DNA from: Roseibacillus sp.
GTDB lineage: Bacteria > Verrucomicrobiota > Verrucomicrobiia > Verrucomicrobiales > Akkermansiaceae
Length of the DNA: 64,000 nucleotides
Assembly (NCBI GenBank): GCA_051251855.1
Contig: JBPOGI010000004.1
Location: 320,001-384,000 of the forward strand
Direction of reading: 5' to 3'
Of this stretch, positions 9,561-18,993 are shown piece by piece. The translations under genes were made by a program, and so were the position numbers. The stretch's first letter is position 1; the number at the start of each line of letters is the position of its first letter. Below the pieces are notes generated by a model. It saw nothing but the letters and a program-made list of their open reading frames with translations, did not search any database and was not told the DNA's origin.

Positions 9561-10058
9561 ATGAATACACCCAACTGGATTCCTCTCGTCGGCACTGGTT
9601 ACGACGTCCACCAATTTGCCGAGGACCGCAAACTCATTCTCGGTGGGGTGGAGATTCCGCACAGCCATGGCTTACAAGGTCACTCCGATGCCGACGTGCT
9701 TTGCCACGCCATTGCAGACGCCGTTCTGGGTGCAGCGGGATTGCCAGACATTGGCCACTACTTCCCCCCTGGCGACCCCGCTTGCAAAGACATTTCATCT
9801 TTAAAAATCCTTGAAAAAGCGGCCTCTCTCGTCCGTGAAATGGGCGGTCGCCTCTGTAACGTGGACTCCACTCTTGTCGCCGAAGCACCCAAAGTTCTTC
9901 CCCACGCCGAAGCCATGAAAAAGAACATTGGTCTCGCCCTCGCCCTTTCTCCCCATCGCGTCGGCATCAAAGCCACCACCAACGAGACCATGGGCTTCGT
10001 CGGGCGCAACGAAGGCATCGCCGCTCTCGCTAGCGCCAGTGTGATGATGCCCGAATAG
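9561..10058 (+). CDS. ispF: 2-C-methyl-D-erythritol 2,4-cyclodiphosphate synthase
   Basis: GYDVH, GHSDADVLCHAIADAVLGA, DIGHYFP, KATTNE. Confidence 0.97.
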   Translation: MNTPNWIPLVGTGYDVHQFAEDRKLILGGVEIPHSHGLQGHSDADVLCHAIADAVLGAAGLPDIGHYFPPGDPACKDISSLKILEKAASLVREMGGRLCNVDSTLVAEAPKVLPHAEAMKKNIGLALALSPHRVGIKATTNETMGFVGRNEGIAALASASVMMPE

Positions 10059-10071
10059 ATTCGGAGTCTTC

Positions 10072-10097
10072 TGGAGTGCACGTAGCTTGCCACTCCA
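10072..10097. repeat. Short REP-like palindrome / possible bidirectional terminator
   Basis: TGGAGTG-N12-CACTCCA between convergent ispF and fbp. Confidence 0.4.
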
Positions 10098-10100
10098 ACC

Positions 10101-12032
10101 CTACCCCTCAGTCACCTCACCCGACCGATAAGCTTGTAGTAGATTATTAAGCGAACAAAGCTGCGCCTGAATATCCTCGCTCTCGTGAGTGTCTGCAATC
10201 GTGCGCGCCGGCACGTGCTTCCTCAAATCACGGAGCTTCGGAATCATATCATCATCGCATTCGAGAAAATTCTCAATGGACTCGAAGTGCGAATGCTCCG
10301 CCAATCGAATACCATTTGGGCCCATCACCAGAGTATAACCATGGTCCCCATAGGATTCCGAAAAAGCGCCATCAATGGTCACCGCATTTCCTCCCCGCTT
10401 CACAGGGTCCTCACCCTTCTCAACCTTCACCGGAACATGGCCGTTCACAATCAGAACGTTCTCTTCCACCCCAAACTCACGGCCGACCCTCTTGCAGAAA
10501 TCGGCATCGTGAATCATCCGAAAATATGGATCCTTCACCTCCTTGTGCGTCTCTGGGTCCTCGATGAAATAGCGCTCGAAAGTCGTCATCCGAGTCTTTC
10601 CAAAAAGCGGCGAGTCACCATGAACCCAAAGCCAATAGTAGTAGTCTAAATCATGAGGCGCCGATTGACCTCCCTCTCGATATGTCCGACGCACCATCTG
10701 CTCCAGTTCATAAAAAAGAGCGCCCCCACTGACTTTCTTCCCCTCAACATCAACCTCACGAAAGCTTCCATCCTCATTGGTCGGCACACAGGCATGAAAA
10801 ATAAGCGCCTCATCCCGCTTCAGTGACAAACTCCCCTGACGAACGACGAAAAGCATATGCTCCCAAAGCTGCTGGCTAGAAACAAAAGACTGGCGTAGAC
10901 GATCCATACAAACGCGCTCCTCCTCAGAAAGCGCATAAGGATCAGCCCCATCAATTGTCGGAAAGTTCGTATCCCTTAGCACATGCGACTTCCCGTCGAG
11001 CATGATCGTTCCCTTTTCAAAGTCAATGAGGTGCAACTGGCGTCGATCCTCCATCTTCCATTCCGGATGCCGCTCAATAACGGGACTCGACAATTTCAAC
11101 TCCAGAATCGCAATCGCTTTGTGCATCTTCGCGACCAACTCTTCATCCATAAAGTCCGATGACCGCTTCGGAAAAAAAACCTCTGCCGGATCGTCTCCGT
11201 AAGCCGTCTTTGCCAACTTCGCCAAGGGAGACAGCAAAATCCCGTAACCCTCCTCTAACTGCCATAGCCGCAGGTAGCGTAGCGAAACCCGCAGCACTGT
11301 CGCAATCAGGACTTCCGAACCAAGCGTCGCACCCATCCAAGTAACATCATGATTCCCCCAAGTGAAACTTACTTTAGGCTGATTCTTTAAGTAGTGAATC
11401 ACCCGGTCCCCCCGCTCTCCTCGGTCAAAGAGATCGCCCGCAACGACCACCTCCGAAACAACCAGATTACGCACCAAACGCGACGCCTCATGAAGCGCCG
11501 AAATATCCTGATCATAGTCCCCCAAAGCCTCAATCATCGAATCCACGTAACCCAGGTCACGATTGAAGGAGACCTCATCTAACAGAGCAATATAAAGAAC
11601 CTTAAACTCATCCTTCATCAAACCTAGCAACTCCTCCTTCGTCACCGTCTTCGCTAGCCTTCTCACCAACCGAAACTGCAGGCGAAACAGGCGTTTGGAC
11701 TTCTCCAAGCGCCATTCACGGTTCTGAAGCCGCTCTTGATACGTCCTCATCTTCTCCACCGGATAATAGAGAAAAGCCAACAGGATTCCCTTCTCCTCAT
11801 CATTGAGTTCATCCCCAAACACCTCATTCACGAGATTGCTTAACCCTCCCGAGGCATTGTTCACCACATGGCGCAACTTGCGGTCATCGCCATGCACATC
11901 ACTAATAATGTGGACTCGCCCCTTGGGCAAAGTGAGCTTCGCCTGCAGCAGCGATATCTCCGACATCACCGCAGAGGCGGTCGGAAATTGACGAGCAAGA
12001 AGGCTCAGCGTGGGACCGCAAACTTCGGACAT
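10101..12032 (-). CDS. fbp: Fructose-1,6-bisphosphatase class III
   Basis: LTLPKG..HIISDVHG, GDLFDRG, WGNHD, NGHVPVK, IDGAFSESY; ATG at 12032 preferred over the track start 12056. Confidence 0.92.
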   Translation of the reverse strand: MSEVCGPTLSLLARQFPTASAVMSEISLLQAKLTLPKGRVHIISDVHGDDRKLRHVVNNASGGLSNLVNEVFGDELNDEEKGILLAFLYYPVEKMRTYQERLQNREWRLEKSKRLFRLQFRLVRRLAKTVTKEELLGLMKDEFKVLYIALLDEVSFNRDLGYVDSMIEALGDYDQDISALHEASRLVRNLVVSEVVVAGDLFDRGERGDRVIHYLKNQPKVSFTWGNHDVTWMGATLGSEVLIATVLRVSLRYLRLWQLEEGYGILLSPLAKLAKTAYGDDPAEVFFPKRSSDFMDEELVAKMHKAIAILELKLSSPVIERHPEWKMEDRRQLHLIDFEKGTIMLDGKSHVLRDTNFPTIDGADPYALSEEERVCMDRLRQSFVSSQQLWEHMLFVVRQGSLSLKRDEALIFHACVPTNEDGSFREVDVEGKKVSGGALFYELEQMVRRTYREGGQSAPHDLDYYYWLWVHGDSPLFGKTRMTTFERYFIEDPETHKEVKDPYFRMIHDADFCKRVGREFGVEENVLIVNGHVPVKVEKGEDPVKRGGNAVTIDGAFSESYGDHGYTLVMGPNGIRLAEHSHFESIENFLECDDDMIPKLRDLRKHVPARTIADTHESEDIQAQLCSLNNLLQAYRSGEVTEG

Positions 12033-12167
12033 GCTCCCAGAGAAAGCACAAACCAATCCAAATGAAAATTCCGAACGCGCCTCTTTACCGCTTCATCCCG
12101 TATTTTCCCGCGTCATGAATGTAGACCTTTCTTGAATATTGAGCTCCAAGAAGAGATTCTTTAAACC

Positions 12168-12440
12168 ATGTCTGCCGACCCCATGAATATTTACTTCACG
12201 AAATGGTTGCCCCGCGCTCGTCGCCTTTTGGCTCCCAGTGGTCGGCTCACCGAATTGGCGCACACCCTCTCAGCTAAGGACCAAATCCCCGCCGAAGACT
12301 GGCGCACCCGTCTTCGCCGCGTCCTTGACGGACACGAGCAACCAGACACCGACCTCGTTTTCGAAGTCGAGCGCTTCGTCGCCCGCCCCATCCCCGAGCG
12401 GAACGTCGAACAAACCAAAGAGTTCGGCTTAGCGAACTAG
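12168..12440 (+). CDS. Small hypothetical protein, possibly HTH-like
   Basis: 90-aa ORF divergent from fbp; helical pattern TELAHTLS..WRTRLRRVLDGHEQP. Confidence 0.55.
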   Translation: MSADPMNIYFTKWLPRARRLLAPSGRLTELAHTLSAKDQIPAEDWRTRLRRVLDGHEQPDTDLVFEVERFVARPIPERNVEQTKEFGLAN

Positions 12441-12491
12441 CATTTCCCTCCCAAATAGGAGGGCCGATTTCAAGCGTCCACAACGAGATCC

Positions 12492-15400
12492 CTACGGAGT
12501 CACGGAAACCTCGGCTCTGACAAAAAGACGAGTCAGTTTGCCGACGATTCCGTCTTCATTGTCAATCGCAGCACGATCGATACTGAAGACGATCTCAGCG
12601 CCTGTCCCTGGGATGCTGGTAATCGGGAACCATTCGATCAAGTCGGGTGACCAAACCAGATGATAGCTGCGACCAGAGACACTCCACCAGCTCACATCCA
12701 CCGTGTTAGCTTGAACTTCAAGAATGCAGACCTGCAAGACATCGCTATTGTCTTGCGGATCCGTCCCAGCCACAAACTCATCCACATTCGACGCTCCGTC
12801 TCCGTCGAGGTCAGTAGCAGCATCCTTGAACCAGTTCGGATCAAGTCCATTCGCGAGTTCATAGACATTTGGCATGCCATCACCGTCGTTGTCCGGGACC
12901 CGAGTAAAAAGCGAAGTAGATTCGGTGCTGCGCAACTGGTCAAGAAGACCCAGAAAATCTTCGCCAGCAAGGGAGACCATCTCACTGCGAATCAAAGAAT
13001 CATTGCTAAAGCCAGCGAGGAGATTCTGGTCTTCCCCAAGGTCAATCGTTTGCTGAAACAGCTGTTTCGGCGTCCCTTGATCGACCCCAATCGGCGAAGT
13101 AATGGGGGCATTCATAGAGTCCCAAGAGGTGCTGTTTCCTCCCCCTCCAGTCGAATCAATGAACTTCCAACCATCGATCGTTTTCAGCCCTAAATGCCCA
13201 CTAATGGAAGACATCACAATCGCTGGCCGCTGGGGCTCTGGCTTCTGCTGACCCCGCAAAAGATTCAGGAAACTCTCTCCGTCTGGAGCCGTTGAGTCTG
13301 GTAAATCGCTGCCAAGATAGGCTGCAATGGTGGCAAAAATGTCCCCCTGCCAAACCGGATAATTGACCTTCATCCCGGCCGCCGCCTGCCCAGGCCAACG
13401 AACCATAAAAGGAACCCGTGTTCCTCCATCCCAGGAATCACGCTTATTACCACGCAACGGTCCATTCGAGTCCGCATTGTTGGCAATGCTATCCGTCATC
13501 GCCCCGGTTTCGGGACCGTTGTCGGCCGTAAAAATGACGAGCGTATTCGACCCAAACCCATTGTCCTCCAGCGCAGTCAACACCCGACCCACTCGGTCAT
13601 CAACTTCGCGCATCCAGTCCGCATAGAGAAAACCATTGGCAACCCCATCACCCACAAATTCCTGCGTGAGCGCCCACGGATAATGCGGCGAGTTCATTGA
13701 GACATAGGCGAAAAATGGATCAGGGTCCCCGCTCGTTGCTCGCTCGGCGATATAGTCTTCCACATCCGAGAAAAGCTGCGGCCCAACATTCACTTGGCTA
13801 TAGGAAGGATCGCCCAGCCCATCACGAGAGCCCTTGCGTCCCAAGACCGGAGCATTGACTTCAGCTCTCGTCCAATAACGGAAAGGATCAGAGTTCAAAG
13901 CGGGACGATAAGCTCCGTTGCCGCCATCAAGAGAAGGATCCCAAAACTGCATGCGGTCATCGATCAGATAAACATAAGGCACGAAGTTGATGGCCGCAGC
14001 ATTGCCCCGAAAATGGTCAAAACCATGATCAACGGCATGAAGTTCCACCGGCCGCTCCCAGTCGACGATCGCAGGATCGGCCGGATTGCCCGTAATCACG
14101 GAACCATCAGTCTCGAAAAAATTCCCTCCCAAGTGCCACTTCCCGAAGGCAGCGGTGTCGTACTGCTGGGTCTTCAGAAACTCGGCAATCGTGACGTCGC
14201 TCACCCTCGGCAAATCATCCCCGCCAATTTGTCCACCCCAATTGCCCGTGATACCATTGAACTCGCGCCAGTTGTATTTACCGGTGAGCAAAGCATAGCG
14301 ACTGGGAGTGCAAACCGCATTCCCCGAATGACCTTGAGTGAAGGTGACCCCGTCAGTCGAGATTGAATCAATATGCGGAGTGAGGGCCGGACTCGTGGTT
14401 CCGTAAATACTCCCGTAAGCCGAGATATCGCCAAAGCCCAAGTCATCCGCATAGATGATCACAATGTTAGGCTTGGCCACGGCGGGTCGGTGGTCGGGAC
14501 AATCATCCCCATCGTTAGGATTGGAGCCAAAAGCGACCTCAGCCTCGTCTCGGTAACTGTCATTGTCGCTATCCACAAAGGGAAAAAGGGGTCCTGTGTT
14601 CGGCGGCTGTCGATTTGGATCGGTGCCCGCTAGAATCTCATCATTGTCGTCCACGCCATCGCCATCAGAATCTGGTTCCAGCGGATCGGTCGCGTCTCCC
14701 GGAGGCCCCGATTGCACACCCGCCACCCAAGGATTGAGGGTTCCATTCACTTCCTGACCATCATTGAGCCCGTCGTCATCAGAATCACTATCCTGAGGAT
14801 CGGTGCCAGCAGAGTATTCTTCCAAATTGGTCAAACCATCCGCACCTCCCACCGCATCGTCATCAATCGCGGCATCGTTGACATTAGGATTTAAGCCATT
14901 GGCGACTTCGTAGTTATCAGGCATGCCATCATCATCGCTGTCCAATGCGCTCGAGATGACCAAACGAGGATTGCTGAACCCCGCCGCATTAGACTGATTC
15001 TCCCCCACAAAGACAGCGAGCCCGAAGTTGTCGGTGGAACCATTGACCCAGCCCTCCACAATGCTTGTGACATCCGCAGATACGGAGGCGGGAGGAGCTA
15101 AGGCCGAGATATCCGCAATCAAGGAGACACGGTCACTCGCACTAGTAATGCCCCAACTGTGAAGCGGAACCGTCGATGTTCCATCCCATGCCGAGTTGGT
15201 CACTCGCCCCACTACCGCAGACGCGCTGTTGAGATTATTGAGCTGAAAATCGTAGTCAGCGGTGAAGGCAACCGAAAAACCCGGGCTATTGAAATCGGCG
15301 ACGGTCAAAGCGCTCACATCAAAGTTTAGAAAGGAACTCGCTCGGCGATTCGTCTGTGTCGCTGAAAGTCTTTCTCGCGCGTAAATATCAGAATCCGCTG

Positions 15401-16262
15401 GCAAGTCACCGCTATCGACATTGGAAGCTCCTGTCACCGGACCATTGGGCGGCGTTTGCGCATCAGTTGTAAAAACAGTCGTTGGTAGAATATCGTTTAA
15501 AGAAGAGATTAAAGGCTCACCGTTCACTGAAATGGAAGTAACGTCGATAACGGTGCCCGCTTCATTGGCTTGCTGGTAGACCATGGAAGCGAAGACAGAA
15601 CCGTCGTTTGTGAAAGTGGAAAAATCAAAAGCGGTGGGCCAAGAGCCTTGAGCGTCGACCGAACCATCAATCCCAAGAAGGCAGACTTCCCAGCCACTGG
15701 CGTCAAAGCGATAATCGACGGTATAGCCGTCTTGCAAGCTGGCTAAGGTGTAGCTTCCCAAGGAAGAAATGATCACTTCGTTTCCACTAGCATTATCGTA
15801 AACAAAATTAACCACTCCCCCAAGATAGCGAATTCCGAGAGCCCATCCATCAGCTCCGCCTGCGTTCTGCGAGTTGTTCCAGAGCTCCGTGTTATTTCCT
15901 GCCAGCCCAGCCCAATGACCGTTGTTAGTAGGCTGACCGTTGGAATCGATGATGCTCCCAATCGTGATAGATGCGGTCAGAAGAGAAAACTCCGCAGCAT
16001 TGAACGAACCATTACTCACGCAACCTACCGCTCCACTCGATGCTTCATCGACAGACATGGTGGCTTGACCGGTAGCGTTGTCCCAAGCTGGATTTCCAAT
16101 CGAGTTTGAAATCACACTGAAGTCTTCCAGCAGACCATCGGCTGTATTGTTGAAGGAGGCATCGATGATCACCTCGCTAGCTGGAGTGATACTATCCGCA
16201 AAGAGAGAACTAGGCGCCAAAGCCAAGAAAAGAGAGAGAGAGCGGGAGAAGATAATCATCAT
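12492..16262 (-). CDS. Large secreted multidomain Cys-type sulfatase (copy A)
   Basis: Signal peptide; two N-terminal beta-rich domains; DSDxDG repeats; PNIVIIYADDLGFGD, CTPSRYALLTG, GKWHLG, FTADNG, GGTRVPFMVRWPG; short C-terminal beta domain. Confidence 0.93.
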   Translation of the reverse strand: MMIIFSRSLSLFLALAPSSLFADSITPASEVIIDASFNNTADGLLEDFSVISNSIGNPAWDNATGQATMSVDEASSGAVGCVSNGSFNAAEFSLLTASITIGSIIDSNGQPTNNGHWAGLAGNNTELWNNSQNAGGADGWALGIRYLGGVVNFVYDNASGNEVIISSLGSYTLASLQDGYTVDYRFDASGWEVCLLGIDGSVDAQGSWPTAFDFSTFTNDGSVFASMVYQQANEAGTVIDVTSISVNGEPLISSLNDILPTTVFTTDAQTPPNGPVTGASNVDSGDLPADSDIYARERLSATQTNRRASSFLNFDVSALTVADFNSPGFSVAFTADYDFQLNNLNSASAVVGRVTNSAWDGTSTVPLHSWGITSASDRVSLIADISALAPPASVSADVTSIVEGWVNGSTDNFGLAVFVGENQSNAAGFSNPRLVISSALDSDDDGMPDNYEVANGLNPNVNDAAIDDDAVGGADGLTNLEEYSAGTDPQDSDSDDDGLNDGQEVNGTLNPWVAGVQSGPPGDATDPLEPDSDGDGVDDNDEILAGTDPNRQPPNTGPLFPFVDSDNDSYRDEAEVAFGSNPNDGDDCPDHRPAVAKPNIVIIYADDLGFGDISAYGSIYGTTSPALTPHIDSISTDGVTFTQGHSGNAVCTPSRYALLTGKYNWREFNGITGNWGGQIGGDDLPRVSDVTIAEFLKTQQYDTAAFGKWHLGGNFFETDGSVITGNPADPAIVDWERPVELHAVDHGFDHFRGNAAAINFVPYVYLIDDRMQFWDPSLDGGNGAYRPALNSDPFRYWTRAEVNAPVLGRKGSRDGLGDPSYSQVNVGPQLFSDVEDYIAERATSGDPDPFFAYVSMNSPHYPWALTQEFVGDGVANGFLYADWMREVDDRVGRVLTALEDNGFGSNTLVIFTADNGPETGAMTDSIANNADSNGPLRGNKRDSWDGGTRVPFMVRWPGQAAAGMKVNYPVWQGDIFATIAAYLGSDLPDSTAPDGESFLNLLRGQQKPEPQRPAIVMSSISGHLGLKTIDGWKFIDSTGGGGNSTSWDSMNAPITSPIGVDQGTPKQLFQQTIDLGEDQNLLAGFSNDSLIRSEMVSLAGEDFLGLLDQLRSTESTSLFTRVPDNDGDGMPNVYELANGLDPNWFKDAATDLDGDGASNVDEFVAGTDPQDNSDVLQVCILEVQANTVDVSWWSVSGRSYHLVWSPDLIEWFPITSIPGTGAEIVFSIDRAAIDNEDGIVGKLTRLFVRAEVSVTP

Positions 16263-16290
16263 TGAGGAAAGGGGAAAGAAATCGGTTCAG

Positions 16291-16329
16291 AAAAAAGGCC
16301 GGGAACTCTATCAAAAGAATCCCCAGCCT
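16291..16329 (-). terminator. Rho-independent terminator between surface protein A and sulfatase A
   Basis: Minus strand AGGCTGGGGATTCT-TTTGAT-AGAGTTCCCGGCCT then U-tract (14-bp stem with G-U pairs). Confidence 0.75.
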
Positions 16330-16354
16330 TAAAAGTCACTAACGTAATTTCACC

Positions 16355-18757
16355 TTAATTAGGAAGCTCTTCGAGTCGATAGAAAGCTTCCGGATTGGTT
16401 GCAGAGGGATCTGAGAAACTAGCCGTTGCTGCACCAGCCACGCGAGGCCCATCAACTGTAGACGGGAAACCGTCTTGGAGGTTATCTGACCGAACCAATT
16501 GATAGCTCGCCGTTGGGTCAAGGTTCTCGAAGGTAATATCGAATGCCGTCCCATTGAATGAGCAGGAAACAACTGCAATATCCGCCGGTGGCCCGCTGGT
16601 CGTCAAGTCGTCAGTTTGACGAACTTGCATGAAGTTCAAAATGTTTGCCCCATTTCCAGACGGGTCCTGTCCCGCATTAAATTGCCTGACATCGAAGACT
16701 TGCACCGACTCCGTTGCGACAAACGAACCCGTGAAAAGGATAGCCGGGTTCGCAGATCCTCCATAAATACTATTCGTCGCCCCAACGGGGTCGGCAGCCA
16801 CTTCGCCTCCGACTCCATCAATGGTATAGAATCGGTTGACTAAAGTCCCCCCGTTCCGATCATCTGCACGCCCGATTTGAATCACATAAGGGAGACCAGG
16901 AGTGAGCCCAAAAATCGCAACCCGAGGCTGCGCGCCACCCGCCGGAGCACCCGTCCAACTGCTCTCGATGAGAGGGCTAAGCGCGGGGTCTTCGTCGTCG
17001 TAGAACGTCCCTATATTCGTTGTCCCTGGCCCCGTTGAAATCGTGATCAAGGTTACCGTATTGTCGGTCGCATTTGTTCCGATGTCATCAACAGTAGCTT
17101 CGAACGGAATTCCATTCACTGTTGTTGCGATGCCACCATAGTTTTCCGCAAAGAGAAGAGGACCATTCGTGATGAGATTGTATTGGCTGGCTAGCGCCGA
17201 CACAGTCCAAGTTATGGACGCTAAAGTAGGAACTGAGGCAACGTCATCGGGATCTGAGCCGGCATCAATTTCGACACTATCATAGAACCCATCATCGTCC
17301 GTGTCGGCCAAAGCGGGATCGGACACACCACCGTTCACCTCTGTTGCATCAGAAAGATTGTCTCCATCGGTATCAGGATTTAAGGGATCGGTTATCAATA
17401 CCGGAGACAGAGGGTTTGTGAGGTCAAATTCTTGTCCGTCGAGAAGGGTATCATCATCAGAATCCGAGTCATTAGGGTCAGTTCCAAATTGCTGCTCTCC
17501 AAAGTTGTCGAGCAGATCCATATCGGGATCTCCAAGGTCTCCATTGTCTGGATCGATATCGCCGTTGTCTGTTGGGTCAAGACTGTTGGAAATCTCAAAG
17601 GCATCAAGAAGGAAGTCATCGTCGGTATCGTCGGTCAAAGGGTTGGTGACAAAACCATTGGAACCATCGATTTCCTCAAAATCGGTCAGTCCATCACCAT
17701 CGGAATCAGGATTCAAGGGGTCGGTTTGCAATCCCGGTGCTGAGGTTGCGACCGTACCCGGCTGATCACTCTGAAAGGGATTCAAATTATTACTCCCAGG
17801 AAGGACCACTTCTTCTCCGTCGAGCAAGCCATCATCATCGGAATCACTGTCTTGAGGATTGGTGTTGGAGTTGAACTCTTGTAGATTGGTTAGGCCATCG
17901 GGCCCGCCGTTCGTATCGTTATCGAGAGACGCGTCTGCTGCGTCATTGGGATTCAGATTGTTGACGAGCTCGTAGGCGTCAGGCATTCCATCCATGTCGG
18001 TATCCGTATTTGGAATCTGAACCACCTTGACACTGGCGAGGTCAATCGATCCTGCCCCTCCCTGAGTGGACGCCACCACCCGCATCGTGCTCACAAAGTC
18101 GCTGAAGTCGAAATTAACATCACTCCAAATTCCAGCGCCTCCCGTGACGGCGTTCCCGCCAGCGTCTTCGAGCCCAGTAAAGTCGATGTTCCAATTCGTT
18201 GCCGAGATTGTTAGCACCACCGTGCATCCGTCGCCAAAACTTGCTTGATCAACAGTAGTGAAAGCCGGACTCCAAGTCTTCCCTCCCGTAACCGTCTTGT
18301 AGGCAGGAGCCGTAGTTCCATTGCTGTTTGTTCCTCGAACTCCAAATCCAAAACTAGGTCCCAGATTATTCCAAAGGTTAGGTCCCATGTCGTCACCAGC
18401 TTGCCCTGCCTGCAATCCAAAGAAGATTCCGTTAGATCTGCCCGGATCGGCAGACTCCACCACGAAGGTCAATTCAAGGGAATCGGAGCCAAGTGAAGGC
18501 ACATCGATGGTGAGGTCAGAAACAGCCGAAGAAGTGGAACTCAGGTGTGTTCCCCGGCTAAGTAAACCAGTCGCCTGGTCCCAAGTGCCACCGGTCGTAA
18601 ACGACTGATTATTCGTCAGGAGAGTGAAGTCTTCGTTGGTATCATTTGCGACCGCGTCGAAAGTCGCGTCGATCAGGGTCGTTTGCCCTTGGAGCATGGC
18701 TGCCGAAGCCGTCGCAAGGACGACGGAAGTCACACTTTTGGAGTAGTTTGATTTCAT
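16355..18757 (-). CDS. Secreted surface protein with thrombospondin type 3-like Ca-binding repeats (copy A), no catalytic motif seen
   Basis: Signal peptide from ATG 18757; many DTDxDGL.D..E repeats; C-terminus ..EAFYRLEELPN. Confidence 0.85.
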   Translation of the reverse strand: MKSNYSKSVTSVVLATASAAMLQGQTTLIDATFDAVANDTNEDFTLLTNNQSFTTGGTWDQATGLLSRGTHLSSTSSAVSDLTIDVPSLGSDSLELTFVVESADPGRSNGIFFGLQAGQAGDDMGPNLWNNLGPSFGFGVRGTNSNGTTAPAYKTVTGGKTWSPAFTTVDQASFGDGCTVVLTISATNWNIDFTGLEDAGGNAVTGGAGIWSDVNFDFSDFVSTMRVVASTQGGAGSIDLASVKVVQIPNTDTDMDGMPDAYELVNNLNPNDAADASLDNDTNGGPDGLTNLQEFNSNTNPQDSDSDDDGLLDGEEVVLPGSNNLNPFQSDQPGTVATSAPGLQTDPLNPDSDGDGLTDFEEIDGSNGFVTNPLTDDTDDDFLLDAFEISNSLDPTDNGDIDPDNGDLGDPDMDLLDNFGEQQFGTDPNDSDSDDDTLLDGQEFDLTNPLSPVLITDPLNPDTDGDNLSDATEVNGGVSDPALADTDDDGFYDSVEIDAGSDPDDVASVPTLASITWTVSALASQYNLITNGPLLFAENYGGIATTVNGIPFEATVDDIGTNATDNTVTLITISTGPGTTNIGTFYDDEDPALSPLIESSWTGAPAGGAQPRVAIFGLTPGLPYVIQIGRADDRNGGTLVNRFYTIDGVGGEVAADPVGATNSIYGGSANPAILFTGSFVATESVQVFDVRQFNAGQDPSGNGANILNFMQVRQTDDLTTSGPPADIAVVSCSFNGTAFDITFENLDPTASYQLVRSDNLQDGFPSTVDGPRVAGAATASFSDPSATNPEAFYRLEELPN

Positions 18758-18993
18758 GGTTTTATGGGGATTTTTCGATTCAACGGTCAAAAATCGGTTA
18801 ATAAACTATGAAAGCTCCCTGAGGGTGAGCAATCAAAACCTCCAAAAACTGCCATTGGCAGGTAGAAATCACACAAAAAATTTCATCTCCGACAACGGAG
18901 AAAAGATAAGAATCCAAGACTGGAAAGCGCGAACTGAAGAGCGACTCCCTCTTACCTTCACCATCCTCATTGAACGCCCCGCGAAAATTCGCC

